Shown: piece after piece, positions 38,325 through 52,600 of the stretch
Numbering within the stretch: position 1 is the first letter of the stretch
Layout of the letters: each line of letters begins with the position of its first letter
Origin: Haliotis rufescens
Lineage: Eukaryota
Length of the DNA stretch: 64,000 nucleotides
Reading direction: 5' to 3'
NCBI RefSeq assembly: GCF_023055435.1
Contig: NW_025964361.1
Span: forward strand, 57,784,001-57,848,000
Notes under the pieces: model-generated
What the model was told of the DNA's origin: nothing
What the model saw: the letters and a program-made list of their open reading frames with translations, nothing else
Databases searched by the model: none
Position numbers and translations under genes: made by a program

Positions 38325-38684
38325 GTCTAGTCTGTGTGGTATGTACCTACATCGTGACCCTAATGTGACATTAAGTTTGCGAGTGATTTAGTGGGGTTTG
38401 ATAGTATTTCAGATGTATAACGGTGCTATCTTGAAGTTTGAGGAAACCCCAAAATGTTCAGTCAATCTGTAATCAAGCAGTCAAAGGGCAATATATTACT
38501 TGTAAAACAGAGGGGTAAAACAATTTTAACCGTTATTTAGAAATTCGTTTACAGATTTGTAAATATACATGGTTCTTTTTTTATATAATTAACCTATTTT
38601 TACTATTTAACAGACATTGGGATATAATATTTGGGTAATTAATGTATTACACAGGTATATATGTGCCCCTCATACTGAATGAAC

Positions 38685-38920
38685 AGTATCACGGCATGTC
38701 AGCTTAACATTGTATGTGGGAGGATGGCCCAAACAAAGTGATGCAGGTCTTAGACGTTCACCACTTTATGAAACCCATAAGTCGGGTATGGTGCTGACAA
38801 ACCTAGAAATATAATCGGGGAGAAACGGGATTCAAACCCACGCTCATAGGTTTCTATCGTGCCCAAGGGACCGCAACTGTGCACAGTGAATTGTGGCGAC
38901 TTAGACGCCAGGACCACCCA
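38685..38920 (-). mobile_element. SINE family 3, diverged
   Basis: Reverse similarity to 23117-23397. Confidence 0.8.
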
Positions 38921-40055
38921 GGAACTAAAGGAAAGTGTATAATATAGGTATAAATTGGAATTCGTTCTCGATAGCGTGAATATTACATAACCTTTATCAA
39001 CCTGAGAGGAACATCTTGCCAATGAATTCCTAAGTTTCCTTATATTTGTATCAGATAGAAAAGGTATATATCTTTTTATCTGTACCAAAGAACTTATGAA
39101 GACACTTTCAGATTTTTGTTCATGTCAAACATTTCCAAAACCACTATTTGTCAAATCAGAACCCAGTTATTCCTTCTATTCATGTCATAGCCATCTATTC
39201 ACATCATGTTGTAACATTTCTTGGTGTATCTCGATCAAGTCATTTTAAACAGTTTCAACCAGTAGCTAATTGTTTTGAGTTGTATATATGGAAATAGACG
39301 AAATGTACCACATTCCCGGTAAACCATTGGGACACGAATCGCCGTGGTCGGCTCAAGCAGTGGCTCTCCAGTTCGAACCTTGTTTTTTTCCAGTGAAGTT
39401 CCTATAAACTATTGCTCCTTATATGCAACCATAACATCACATGTCAACGCCAGAGAATAACCAGTCCCGATTATCCGACGAAACAGACTCCACGGGACCA
39501 AACAGCGGTGAAAAATATATCATTAATTTACATAAAGAAGTATGTATTTGTGCCTGACGCCGCACAGCACTACTCCTGCCATGCAACGGTGGCGTCTAAT
39601 CCTTTCTTTTCTGTCTGCACGTAACATTGTATATTTCTAATGTTATTGTAATTCTCCAAAGACAGTGACTATGCTAATATTTTCTAAATCTATTCAATGC
39701 TCCTCACCTATCTTTTTTCAACTGTTGACATTCTGTGTAAAAACAAACAGTTTAGTATTTGCTTCTTCCTTCAAATAGTGATGATACCAGGTGTTCGCGA
39801 GAACGGGTATGTTGCTGACAAAACTAGAAACATAATCAGGCCGAACAAGGATTCAAACTCACGGTCACATGTTTCCAGCACGCCTAAGGGACGCAACTCT
39901 GCACAGCGAACTGCTGCTGCTGTCTTTTAATTGTATTTGTCTGAATATTTCAGTTGGCTGTTGTAGTCAGTTGTCGAAGTCGATATCAGTGTACGTGTAG
40001 CATAAAGGTGTTGTGTGTGACGGATATGGGTCGGCTATTACCTTTAAACTGATAA

Positions 40056-40433
40056 TTCGGTACACAACCTAATCCTTATTTTGAAAAAGGCAAATTCGCG
40101 GAGAAGACTCAATATTGTCGGGACTATATAATTCGCTGTAATTCACGTTAAACTCAGTATACAACCTAATCCTTATTTTGTGAAATCCAAATTCGCAGAG
40201 AAGACTCAATATTGTCGTGACTATATAATTCGCGTTAAACTCGGTATACAACCTAATCCTTATTTTGTGAAATCCAAATTCGCAGAGAAGACTCAATATT
40301 GTCGGGACTATATAATTCGCTGTAATTCACGTTAAACTCGGTATACAACCTAATCCTTATTTTGTGAAATCAAAATTCGCAGAGAAGACTCAATATTGTC
40401 GTGACTATATAATTCGCTGTAATTCGCGTTAAA
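40056..40433. repeat. 97-bp tandem repeat, ~4 copies
   Basis: caacctaatcc at 40065, 40162, 40249 (10-bp deletion) and 40346. Confidence 0.93.
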
Positions 40434-41351
40434 CGATTTCCATGCATGACAAACAATGATTACAGACAAAACCGGGAAAGTTACACTGCATGGAATGTTA
40501 GTAGGGCGAGATAATTGATGCAATGTACAAGGAAAAGTAAACCGCTTAATATTGTTCCTCTATTCAGACTGAATGTGTAATGGTGGTGATATACATCCGT
40601 CATCGTATTAGAGCAGTGAGACGTTTCACATAAAAACCGAAAATATTCCACTTCTAAAGGATATATTACTGAGCGCCCCGGGGCAGATCTGTGGATGGAA
40701 GATTTCTAAATAACGCTTCCTAATTGTTTTACAATCAAACCAATCTCTCACATATGCCTGCTTATAGGTCATTGTAGTGTTTTCATTTCCCCTTTGTTTT
40801 GTGAAATATATGCCCTGTAAATAAGGATGTGTACACCTTTTCCCCAGCTTCATATCGAGGTATTCTCATTATCACAGTAAACAGGGTATAATAAGGAAAA
40901 GAGAGCAGTTCCTGTAACATCCTTGTCAAAAGTGTCCAATCGACAGCTCGTAGCCACAACTGTAATCTTCAAGCCTGTTGTTTCAAATAACTAAAATCAT
41001 TGTTATAATTGACACAGTATACTAGTATTGATAATAGTATGTATTTTGATGCAAGGCTTGTATGTAATGAGACTGGAAACAGAGTAAAATATAGGCGGAA
41101 TGTGGTGAATTTCATATCACTATTGCTCTCGCACAGGGATAGCTGTATGTATGAAATATGGGAATTTCCGTCATAAACTAGGCACTTGGTTAATTCATAC
41201 CTATAAGTACGACAATCGTGCCTCCAATGCAGCTTTATAAAACGGGGTCAAGGCTGTCATCGACATTCTACATGGATATTCTCTCATCTGCGTGAATCTT
41301 TCAATGATTTTAATATTGTTTATATTGTACTTGTGTGTTTTCCATCATGAC

Positions 41352-41531
41352 AGGAGGCGGTTGGGTAGCCTTGTGGTTAAAGCGTTCGCTCGTCACGCCG
41401 AAGACCCGGGTTCGATTCCCGACATGGGTACAATGTGTGAAGCCCATTTCTGGTGTCCCCCGCCGTGATATTGCTGGAATATTGCTAAAAGCGGCGTAAA
41501 ACCGTATACTCACTCACTCACTCACCCACTC
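41352..41531 (+). mobile_element. SINE family 1
   Basis: TSD catcatgacag. Confidence 0.92.
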
Positions 41532-41769
41532 ATCATGACAGACAGTACATTTGTGACACGAGATAAAATATCGTCAGTGTTTACCTTTAAGGCGTGGCAG
41601 GGCTACCGTTTCCCTAATGGACCGGAAACAAACTACATAAGCTTGAAGTCCATGTCCTGAACCAGTGGGTTTACATGGTGCGTGTTCAGTCCTCCGTGGG
41701 TCGTATTTATTTACATTTTTCAGCATCGTCTCTAAAAATACAAGACCTATGAATTGAAATTTTGTATGA

Positions 41770-42560
41770 CGTCCCTAAAACGTGCTCCAATGGGCACCAA
41801 TTGTGCTCCCCTTCTTGGTGATCTAATTCGTTATGCATATGAGTCGGATTTTCTACTCGGACAAACTCAAAACAAGGTAATTTGGCCAAGAAGTAACTTA
41901 AGCTTCAGTTATATCAATGATCAGACATAGCTCAAATAGCCAATTCCCTTCAAATGATTTACCCACCTGAACTAGAAATACAGGAGACCAGTGAGACCGC
42001 CTCATCTGTTTCATATATAGATCTATGCATAAAACGAGAGTATCAAAACACTCTCCGCAAGACTATGTGACAAGAGAGATGATTCCAATAATCTTTCCCA
42101 TTATTCCTGCAGCTCCAGCTCTTGGTGTGTACATTTCACAACCTTTGTGCTACAATGGAGCATACTCCTGGTACAATGGAGCATGCTCGAAGCATGCTCG
42201 ACTCTTGCTCAGAAGTTGTTTGATCAAGGTTACAACATTCAAGGCCTACGTCAAGCTTTCAAAACGCTTTATGGTACACAATTGGAGTACATTTCCAATG
42301 TTGACAAGAATGAGATGCAATTCCCTTTTTTTACTTGTACCTTACGTTTCCCTGTTCTTTTTTCAGGTGAACAATTGACCTTTGCATGTGTTTGTGATGG
42401 GTGCCACTGGTGAGACAGGATAAGCTCACCTTTGCGCGAACACCTGGTATCATCGCTATTTGATTGTGATTCCTTAACACATGCTCATGATATTGTCGCA
42501 TTCGTACAATCAACCTTTGGCAGAGATTTCATGTGAATATCGAAAAGGGTTTGTCTCTTT
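41770..42560 (+). mobile_element. Penelope-like RT relic with 3' repeat
   Basis: PMGTNCAPLLGDL, IYPPELEIQET, IPAAPALGVYISQ, LAQKLFDQGY. The 3' segment (gctcacc...gaacacctgg) recurs near 6880, 8580 and 48000. Confidence 0.75.
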
Positions 42561-43235
42561 TATTCACAAAATTCTGATCCGATTTTAAACATGGCTGCCA
42601 TTGTTATCATTTTGAATTTGTCCTTTTTGCCATTTAATCAGTTATTTATGCATGTGATGTATGCATGCTTTTGAAAAACCTGATACGCTCAAGTGTGTAG
42701 TAGACGAAATAACAAATAACATGTTTTCAACCTTTTCGATTTTCCACCTTTGGCTTTACGAAGCTTACACTTGCATGGATAAGATGGTTTTGCTGTAAAT
42801 AATCCGTACGCGTCACAACTTCCTGGCGGAATGGAGGAAGTTATCACAGATCCCACAGACATTTCTACAACTTCACGTAAATATGTGAACCTACAGTTCA
42901 CAACGCATTATGTAACTATTTATATATTGATAGTAGATATTTAACATAAAAAAATATTAAATGTATGGCTAGAGACTGAATTGAAACTGTGTGATTGAAT
43001 GAAGAAAAGCTGACTTTAACTTTCTTTCAGAATAGAAATGTCAGATGTTACGTCAATATTACGTACATGCTTTATTTGGATTACGTTCTGTGTTCCTCGT
43101 GGATCTTGCGATAGACATTATTTGCGTCCATTCAAATTTGTATGCGTATTGGACGCACTTTTTGTCGACAAACCCTTCTTAGGGTAGTATGCCTCACCAG
43201 TTTCAGTCTCTGTAATGCTTTTGACGTGTAAAATA

Positions 43236-43400
43236 GTGAGTGAGTGAGTATGGTTTTACACCGCTTTTAGCAATATTCCAGTAATATCACGGGGGACACC
43301 AGAAATGGTCTTCACACATTGTACCCCTGTCGGGAATCGAACCCGGGTCTTTGGCGTGACGAGCGAACGCTTTAACCACTAGGCTACCAGACCGTCCCCC
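43236..43400 (-). mobile_element. SINE family 1
   Basis: TSD cgtgtaaaata. Confidence 0.92.
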
Positions 43401-43561
43401 GTGTAAAATAACAGGGAAATCCGATACATCACATCTCTGCTGGGATAGCGAGGAAATCATTCATCCCTGTTTAACTACCGCCTCCTTGTATCACAGTTCA
43501 ACTGAATTGATAATATGTTTTGTAAGGCCTGCCGGGTTATACCACGTCCTTGTTGTCCAAT

Positions 43562-43628
43562 ATGGCGGGTGTGAGGACACTGTTAGTATGGATAGTTGTG
43601 GCAGAGTGTTGGATACAGCTCATAAAAG
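43562..43628 (+). CDS. B exon 1, signal peptide
   Basis: MAGVRTLLVWIVVAECWIQLIK, donor AG|GTGAGT, phase 1. Confidence 0.8.
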
Positions 43629-46600
43629 GTGAGTTGATAGTTTAACCAGGTACTTAATGATAAGGATATCAACACAAACAGTACACAGTAATCGTATCTG
43701 GATAAATAAAGGCGTTATTAACGGTTTGATTGGCATTATTACCTCACTCGCTGAGATTATCTGTTGTTGATAACTACCATGCATGTTGAGTCAACACGGT
43801 GTTCATATCCTGGTAAATAAACTAATGCTTTGGCCCCTTTACTGGATAAACACTTTCTCTATCTGGGTACATAAAGCCGTTATAACCTCAACTCCTGGCT
43901 GCCTTCTGGGTTATATCACGACCTTGTTGTCCAATATGGCTGATGTGAGGGTACTGCATGTATGGACGGTTGTGGTAGAGAGTTGGATACTGTTTAATGA
44001 TACGTGAATAAGAAAAGGAAAACGTACAACTAAATAAAGGGTATGGATACCAACTTCTGGTTTATTGCATACAGCGACGTTTTGATGTAGATTCCTACAT
44101 CCGTACCAAGCTGGAGTGCCTACAACCAAGTGATTGCAGGTATATATACTTGCTATACAACAACAGGTAATAGATAGCAAGTAACCGAAGAACACTGACA
44201 ACAAATAGCACATAGGTTATGAACACAGGGGTAGTGAAGGGTATGTACAGTCAGGATAAGGATTAAAAGTACAAAAAAGTTGACAAGCTGACTGGATACT
44301 AATTAAAAAAAGGCGATATGTTATACTCTTGATCTCTGTTGATCAAAGGTTTATGACAGCAGATTACTTTAGCTTCTGAGTGTTTTCTTTTTGTGAATAT
44401 CTGATGTTTGGTTGAGAGGATTTGGACTTTGTCAAACTGAACTTGATGGCCAGGGAGTATTTGCTGGTGATCTGAGAGCTTTGATTTGCACTCTGCTTTG
44501 GCTGTTGAAGTCTTATGTTCTTTGATGCGGGTATCTACTGGGCGGGAGGTTTCAGTATACGAGTCACCACAGTCACAATTAATTTGATTGATCACTCCTT
44601 TGGGAGGCTGTTTGTTGGTGGGAGGGTTGCGGCCATTAGGTTGGAGGATGGTACTGAGGGATTGTGAGGCAGTGAAGATGATATCGATGACGGTTTGGCG
44701 CTTAAGTAATCTACTGATTTGATGGATGAGAAGTCTTGCCAAATGGACGCAGGAGTGTTCCCGAAGGAGCGGATTCAATTTCTGATCTGGTCGGTTTGGA
44801 TTAGATATTTCTGATATATCACTTTTCAAAATGTCCCCACACTCTTCAGCATCAAAAGCCTATGTTTGATCACACTTCCTCGTGAGTGAATGGATATGGA
44901 TTTTGTCGTATAGCAGTAGTTTTGCTGGGTGCGGCTTCAGACAACAAACAAACGATTGCTTGAATGGCAGGTAGAAAAGAGTATGAGTTCCCTTATCGTG
45001 AAAACCTCATGTCATAACTCATCCATTCATATTATCTTCACCACGATTATGCTTTTTACGCCCAATTGAATGTGTTTCGGCGGTTAATAGAGATTGATTA
45101 TTCTCTGGCTTTGACGTTTGAATTACACCGTCAGCATAGCGTATCTAGCTAGACCTCAATAGACAACAGATTCCGTTACTGATCCTGTTTGTCTGTTTAA
45201 TATTTACATCCACACAAATATGCTTTTATGTTTTATCTTTTATTTTTTCATATTTTACATAAATTGGTGAAATATCGCATATGTTAGTGTGTGTTTATGA
45301 CTATATGGGGACCTGGGTAAGAATAAATCCACAGCACTCTGTTGCTCAGTGTAAGAGTCGACTTGGAGTCAGGTTCTCGATCCCGACGAATCTCAATTAT
45401 CAACATTTGGTAGGTCTGTTCAAGACTCGATTATTTACCAGTCATTGTGGTATAGTTGTAATAATGCTGATTGTGGTGTAAACAAAGAACAAACCGAATC
45501 TGTATGACTAAACTCAGAACACACTAAAAAAAACATGGGGCAGGGGGTTATCACTGTACAACTAATAATTATTATCATTCATTCATTTATTCATTCATTA
45601 TTGTTTTTTTAGCGTTGTTTCACTTAGTGTAACCTTTTGTCTTGAGAATGGTGCGCAGTCTTTTAAAGAATAAGGTTGGGTAGATATAGATACACACTTA
45701 CAATGAGTTTTGATGTACATGTATATCCCCAACGCAAAGGATTCACTCACATACGCACACCAAAGACACACACAGACACACACGTACATATATATGTAAC
45801 GTGCTCACATATACATACCTACCGTGAGCACGTCAGACTGGGAATACCATGTCAACAATTCCTTAACTGAAGTTCGCAAGCATTACACTATTCTATTCTA
45901 AAGGTGCTCCCACACAATTCAACTCCTACAACATACGTTTGTAGTTGAACAAAGACATCATATATTTATTTACAATACTGAGCGTAGCATGTTGGTATAT
46001 TGTCGGATCCATTATTTTACACGGAACAGTTTGACGAGTCACCGTTTGAAGGTTCTGCGAACTTGCTTTCGAAAGCAATAGGTTGACATTTCATAGTCAA
46101 ACTGCAACAACCATGGTAGCACCTTTAGAATACAGTACCACAACTTCTCGCGAGGACGATCTCTGCCGTAGGTCACATGTCTCAAGACAAGCAACCAGTT
46201 TTAGTGAGAATCCGTCGGACGCAAACCCGCGACCTTCGGATTGTTAGCCTGACAGCTAACCGACTGAGCTACGCCCACACTGTTAAATTTACCTAGTCAT
46301 GCCTATGACGTTACGGAACTGAACGAAAAGGGTTGAATAGGTGACGGACTCTTACCAAGGTTACGGGTAGGCATGGTGTCTCGTGACTTTAGTATACGGA
46401 CACTTACGAATGATCCCGATGCCATTTGGCACACTCGTCCCATTCCATAATCTACAAACGGTGACTCGTCAAACTGTTCCGTGTAAAATGGATCCGACAA
46501 TATACCAACATGCTACGCTCAGTATTTTAAATAAACATATGATGTCTTTGTTCAACTACAAACGTATGTTGTAGGAGTTGAATTGTGTGTATTTAGATTG

Positions 46601-49600
46601 AAGCTCCAGATTGTTAATCAGACGGCCAGTGACAACTCGACATTCGGAGGACATTTCTAAATTTGACACAACAGTGACGAAAAATATGTCGGATGCAATT
46701 TACTATTTTGTCTTAATACGAGGACTGGTAAAAAGGTTCAAAGCCTGACTAACTTTCAACGATGGGCCATTACAAAGTGAACTAGTCAATGTAGTACATT
46801 GTTTGAGTAGTTCATTGCAAGTGTATTAAGTCTGTTGAGGCCGTTTGTATATTAGTGACAGACAGTTTAAAGTGCCCTGAGGTACACAGAAATGGAAAAG
46901 AACGAGTACCTAGAAGTCATCTAGGTTTTTAAGAATAGTTCTCCCCAAGAAATTCTCCCCGTGACCGCATGTCACGAGTGTATGGGGATAGGTGCCCTAG
47001 TTATTCCACTGTTTAACGTCTTGCAGCTATGTTAAAGGCTGTGAGAACAAGTCTTGCTGATGACCCTAGCTTGGACGTCCCTCAACTTCCTTCCACCAAT
47101 GAAGATAGAAAAACTTATCCTGTCAGATAGACGTATTGCCATTGCGGCACTTGAGGAATACACAGGTCCATGGAACCATTTAAACTATTAATAATGAATA
47201 TTTACAGATGAATAGGCTCGATGGGTGCCAAAGTTTCCAAAAAACTGACATAGCCAGAGAAAGGTTTGAGCTAATTGAGGAGGATTTCGTCAAATTTCGT
47301 GATCTACCATTATGATCCCGAGTTCAAAGGTCAATCCGTGGAATGGCACCATTCCACTTCTCCGGCACCAAAGAAACGCAAGTCTTCAAGATCAGTGCGT
47401 TATCGTCTGTAATATTTTATCAAAGAAAAAACGGCGAAGAAACTGACTGCTGGAGTTTCACTATTTCATGACAATACCTTTTCTGACACCTCTCGACTTG
47501 CAAAGGCTGCTGTGCTACAATGTGGCTTACTCACCCTTAATACTCGCAAGACCTGGCACCTTCGTGGGCAGCGCTATGACGACAACGATGACCTCAAAGC
47601 TGCCGTGAATGGGTTTTTCAGGGTGGCTTCAGGAAACTTCTTCCTGACTATAATTGAGTGAGTGAGTATGGTTTTACGCCGATTTTAGCAATATTCCAGC
47701 AATATCACGGCGGGGGACACCAGAAATGGGCTTCACACATTGTACCCATGTCGGGAACCGAACCTGGGTCTTCGGCGTGACGAGCGAACGCTTTAACCAC
47801 TAGGCTACCCGACCGCCCCCCTGACTATAATTGAAAGGCTTCACTATCGATATGAGAATTGTATTGAAAAGCAGGGAGATTATGTCGAAAATAAAATTTA
47901 AAAAACTTTCACAATTGTTGGTTTTGTTTGTAAGGCTGGAAATTTTTTGTACCTCGTACCACTTAACCACTTGATCCCGTGTTTTTTCCGGTGAACAAAT
48001 GTGTTTGTGCCACCGGTGATGCAGGATACCCTCACCTCTGCACAACACCTGGTATAATCACCTGATTGTGATTCATAAACATATGCTAAGTTTGTGACTT
48101 TATTTGAGCATTTGTTAAACATACAATTCATAACCATTGATTTTCCATTTTATTCAAGCGAACCTTTATATATTTCCAAAAGTAAGAAACTATTTCGACA
48201 ACCAAATCATCCTCCTAAATATACCTGCTTGATTGTTAAGGTATGTACTTGAACTACCACTTTTATGATGATCATGCCTTTATGCCTTTCTCAGGGTCCT
48301 GTCCAGCAGGGAAATTTGGAGACCTGTGTAGCTACTTTTGTCACTGTGGAAACGACTGTAACCGGACAACTGGGGTTTGTAGCAAGGTCTGTGATAAAGG
48401 CTGGGTGGGAGGACATGGAAAAACCTGTCAAAAAGGTATAGTGTTACAAATACATTTGATAAGCATGCGTTATTGAACTGGAAAATAATAAAGACAAATG
48501 ATTAAAAGATTAGGCACATTATTTCAAAAACAGTGTTCAGCAGTTTCTCAGTAATAGTTCACCTCCATGCATGCCAGGACAGCGACAGTTTGACCATAGA
48601 TCAAACATACCCAACGTGGCTAGGGGTTATGGAACGGTATTATTTACACGATATAACGTAGTACTGAGTTGAATAATGATAAATGGCATATTCAGACAAC
48701 AACAAGCCGACAAAGAGCCTGTGGGTGCCTAGTGATGAACAAGCTAGTCGGCTCGTCTTGGCGACGGCCGGATCCAAATCACCACATCAGTCAGATGTGT
48801 AAAGCTGTGTTGGACAACACATTATTAGCGATCGTATTCGTGTCAAAATATCAAAACACAATTAATTGCAACCAACATAAAAAAACAGGGAAGACTACGG
48901 GTAATTCAACTTTAATTTCCAACTAGTGATATTGTGTGTAGATTGCACATGTCATTCTCGACACTGACCTTCTTCGTAAACATCACTAACAAACAGTGTC
49001 AAGTAATTTATACCTGAATATATGCATGTGTCCCATATAATCCCGATAACGCATATCACAGTTGTATTTCTCAAAGGATTTATAATTATTGTATGAAGTA
49101 TGAACATCGAACAAACATTGTCTTTATTATGCATAACATGGGCCTACAACAGAAAGATTCTTCTCCTTCTGGACAGTATCAACCATTCTGGTAAGGTCTA
49201 GTCTTTGTATGACATGTCTTTGAAAAAATATTGAAACAGGAAACATCGTGAAAGGAAAATCAGCAACATCTCCTTCTGGAGTGTGGGATGCTGCATGGAC
49301 TCCAGACAAAGCTGTAGATGGCAACCGGGACCAGGATGTGCTCAACTCCTGCTTCCACTCTCTTTGGAATCAGACTCATGACAGCAACACCGTTCCACTA
49401 TATAACAAATATAAGAAATAGGTTAAATTGAGAAGTGTTTGCTCTTTTCATGCAGAAAACGTGGCCTACAATAAAAACGCAACGACTCCTTCTGGACTGT
49501 ACCACCATGACCCACCCTGGTCTGCAGACAAAGCTGTAGATGGGAACCGGGACCAGGATGTATTCCACAACTCCTGTTTCCACGCTGGTCGGTATCCGAG

Positions 49601-52600
49601 TGTGTGGAAAGTGGACCTGGGACAGCCGTACAAGATACATGACGTCAGGATATACAACCGGGCAAAATGTATGTGTACGAGACAAAAGGCTGCACTCATT
49701 TCTTAACAATGGGGTCGCATGGTTAGTCTAGTGGTTTGATCTTCACGCCGAAAGATCCAGGTTCGATTCCCCGCATGGGTACAATGTGTGAAGCCCATAT
49801 CTGGTGCCCCCGCCGTGATATTGCTGGAATATTGCTAAAAACTGCGTAAAACTATATTCACTCACCCATATAACAATACAATAATATTTATATTACCACA
49901 TGTCATTAAAATATTTAGGAAGCAAACAAAACAGTCTTTCAAAGCTAACAAGCTGCTCATTGTCTTTTCAATGGAGCTTTGACTGGTAAAGATTAGTATT
50001 TGGTTCATCGAATACAAACTATGAATTGGCGTTACAGAATGTGACAAATCTTTCCATTGACGGATGAATAGGTGGAAATGATTCGTCAAGTATCAATTAT
50101 TCCATGCACACCGATGAATGAATCCGTTATTTGGCATGTGTAATAACGCGAGTTCTCCTCGGAAAGGATGTTCATTCAACGCATTTGTTCTCCTGAAACC
50201 AATGGTATTGCAACATGTTTTATTTTAATAATATATGGTGAACATACGTATTCCGATACAGGCCATGTGATGTATATAGAGAGCTCTAAAGTTCATAGAA
50301 CTTGTTACATGATTTATTTGATACAATATGCAAGGATAAATCTTGATGCAATGTAAAGTGGATATTAAGGCAACTTCAACTAAAGTGAAACATCGCCGTT
50401 GACACGTATAAGTGATCAAAATAAGGCTTGAAAAAACCCATATATCCTCCATCTCATACCTATCTTTAAAATGATCATACATCGATCACGATTTTAGATA
50501 TTTTGAGAATCCGAACCGCTGCTCTATCTGTGAGTAACACAAGAAGCACCACGTCCATCGTCCCCTGCTACACCTTCCCCTCCAACACTACAAAAGGCAA
50601 CTCTGTCTACGACGTGACCTGTGATGCGATTGGACAATACGTCACCATCAAACACGGAACAGAGACACTAAATCTGTGCGAGGTGGAGATCTATGGTATG
50701 GGTTTATTGGTTTGACTTTATTCAGCTTACAACACATGTATGACGTCACTCGTCCGTGTAAAAAATCATTATTTGTTTCAGTTGTTTGCCAATTATTCCT
50801 GACTACGATATATTGACAAAAACATTTCTGCTTCGGTGACTTATGACAGTAGGTTTTGTAATTGGGTATTAAATATTATAAACAGTTGCATAATCATTCA
50901 AGGTTAACAAAATAGTGTGTATCATTAACACAACCAATAACGAGATCAATGTTAAAGTGATTAACCATTTGGTGCAAAAAACAAATAATTCCTACTGATT
51001 CCTATAACCAGAGTCAGCACATTCTCAAAACTTTACAAGTGTGCACCATGTCCACGCACACCGTATTATACTCACACCGTATGAATACAGAGTTTCCGGT
51101 TTATTATTCAAATATATCTCTACAAAATAATGTTTTGTCCATGATTTATGGTTGAGATGTATTTCAAGTTTGAGTAAATGGGGATGTTTTAAGTTAGACA
51201 CCATACTCGTATCTGGCAGCTCCAGAAACATTCTTACTCAGGGACCGACAGTTACTTGTATGTTCGTCATAACATTATGACAACTGTCAGGTGCATTGAG
51301 CTCATTATATTTTCTTATAAAAGACACTGCTTATAACATGCATCCATAACTGTATTTTTGAGTGAGTGTTCTTGGTGTCCTGGAGGTCATGGTGCCGAAA
51401 CCCGCTATGCAGAATTCCCCTTTGGTATATGGTAATGCTTGTTGTTTTGACAAATGACTTAACATGTTTCACCAATACTGACCCGTTTTCTGGAGGAAAT
51501 GCCCATTTCACAGCGAATCATAAAAGTTCAGTAGAGTGAAGTTAAAACTGCATTTGACAAGCTCAGTATATATATTTGTATTTTCATGTTTGGAAAAGTA
51601 TATTATTGCCCTTGGTTTAAAAATCTGGAAAATAAAGGAACCCAACTCGAGGGGATGCAAAAGATGAGGACGGGACTAAAAACATAACGTTCACACTTAT
51701 TCAACGCCAGTCAACCAGAAGCTTTTACTGCTGTGACACCGAGTTCCCTGAGACTCTTGTGTGATAGATGAAGCCAACATAAATTAAGAAAAAATATTTG
51801 CGTGTAATACATCTTTGCCACCACATGTAATACACCATTTGAAGGTCTAATCCTACTTTTCATAGATATGAAAGATAAGTTTATCACATAATTTAAATAA
51901 TGCATTAATGAAGTTCATTGTAAATAGAAAATTGTAAGCTTACACATTTATAACGTGCAGATTATGGACCAAGGAAGCGAAAATTTAACGATTTGCAGCA
52001 AATATAAGATTTCATAAAATCCACTTACCCATTTCGTTTTTATTTTCATTGTTTACGTAATCGGTAATATATTTAAAAAGAATTATAAATCGTATCTGTA
52101 CAGTATCACCCTTGTCCCGATAACAGCGGCTGTCCGCTCAGTAACATCAAGAAATACCTCCGTTTTCACAGCTTCCTATGAATAACACGTCCGTCGAAGA
52201 CTGCCATGTGACACATCATTAGAAAGCTTATTTTTGTCATCCATTCGATAGTAGCCTCACCCGGAGTCTTTTCGTTACTGTAACCTGCGATTTGATGGAT
52301 AAACTTTTGTTTCTAATGATGCTTTCTTGCCGAAATCGTGATTGGTCAAATTTGAGCACGTGACCCAAGGCGGCCAATAAAATTACAGCAATGTATGAAT
52401 TTCAGATTTTGACGAATGTTATTTGTTAAATCGTGTCATTCTGAACGTTTTAAGCAGGGAATCGCGCTATATAATAAAAATATTGAATTTCATCGATGTA
52501 TCGTTCTAAGTTACGACATGTGACAAAGATTTTTTATGCATATATTTTGGCATTGAACATCGTGAGCCCAAAAATCGAGGCGACGAAAGCCGAGATGTCA

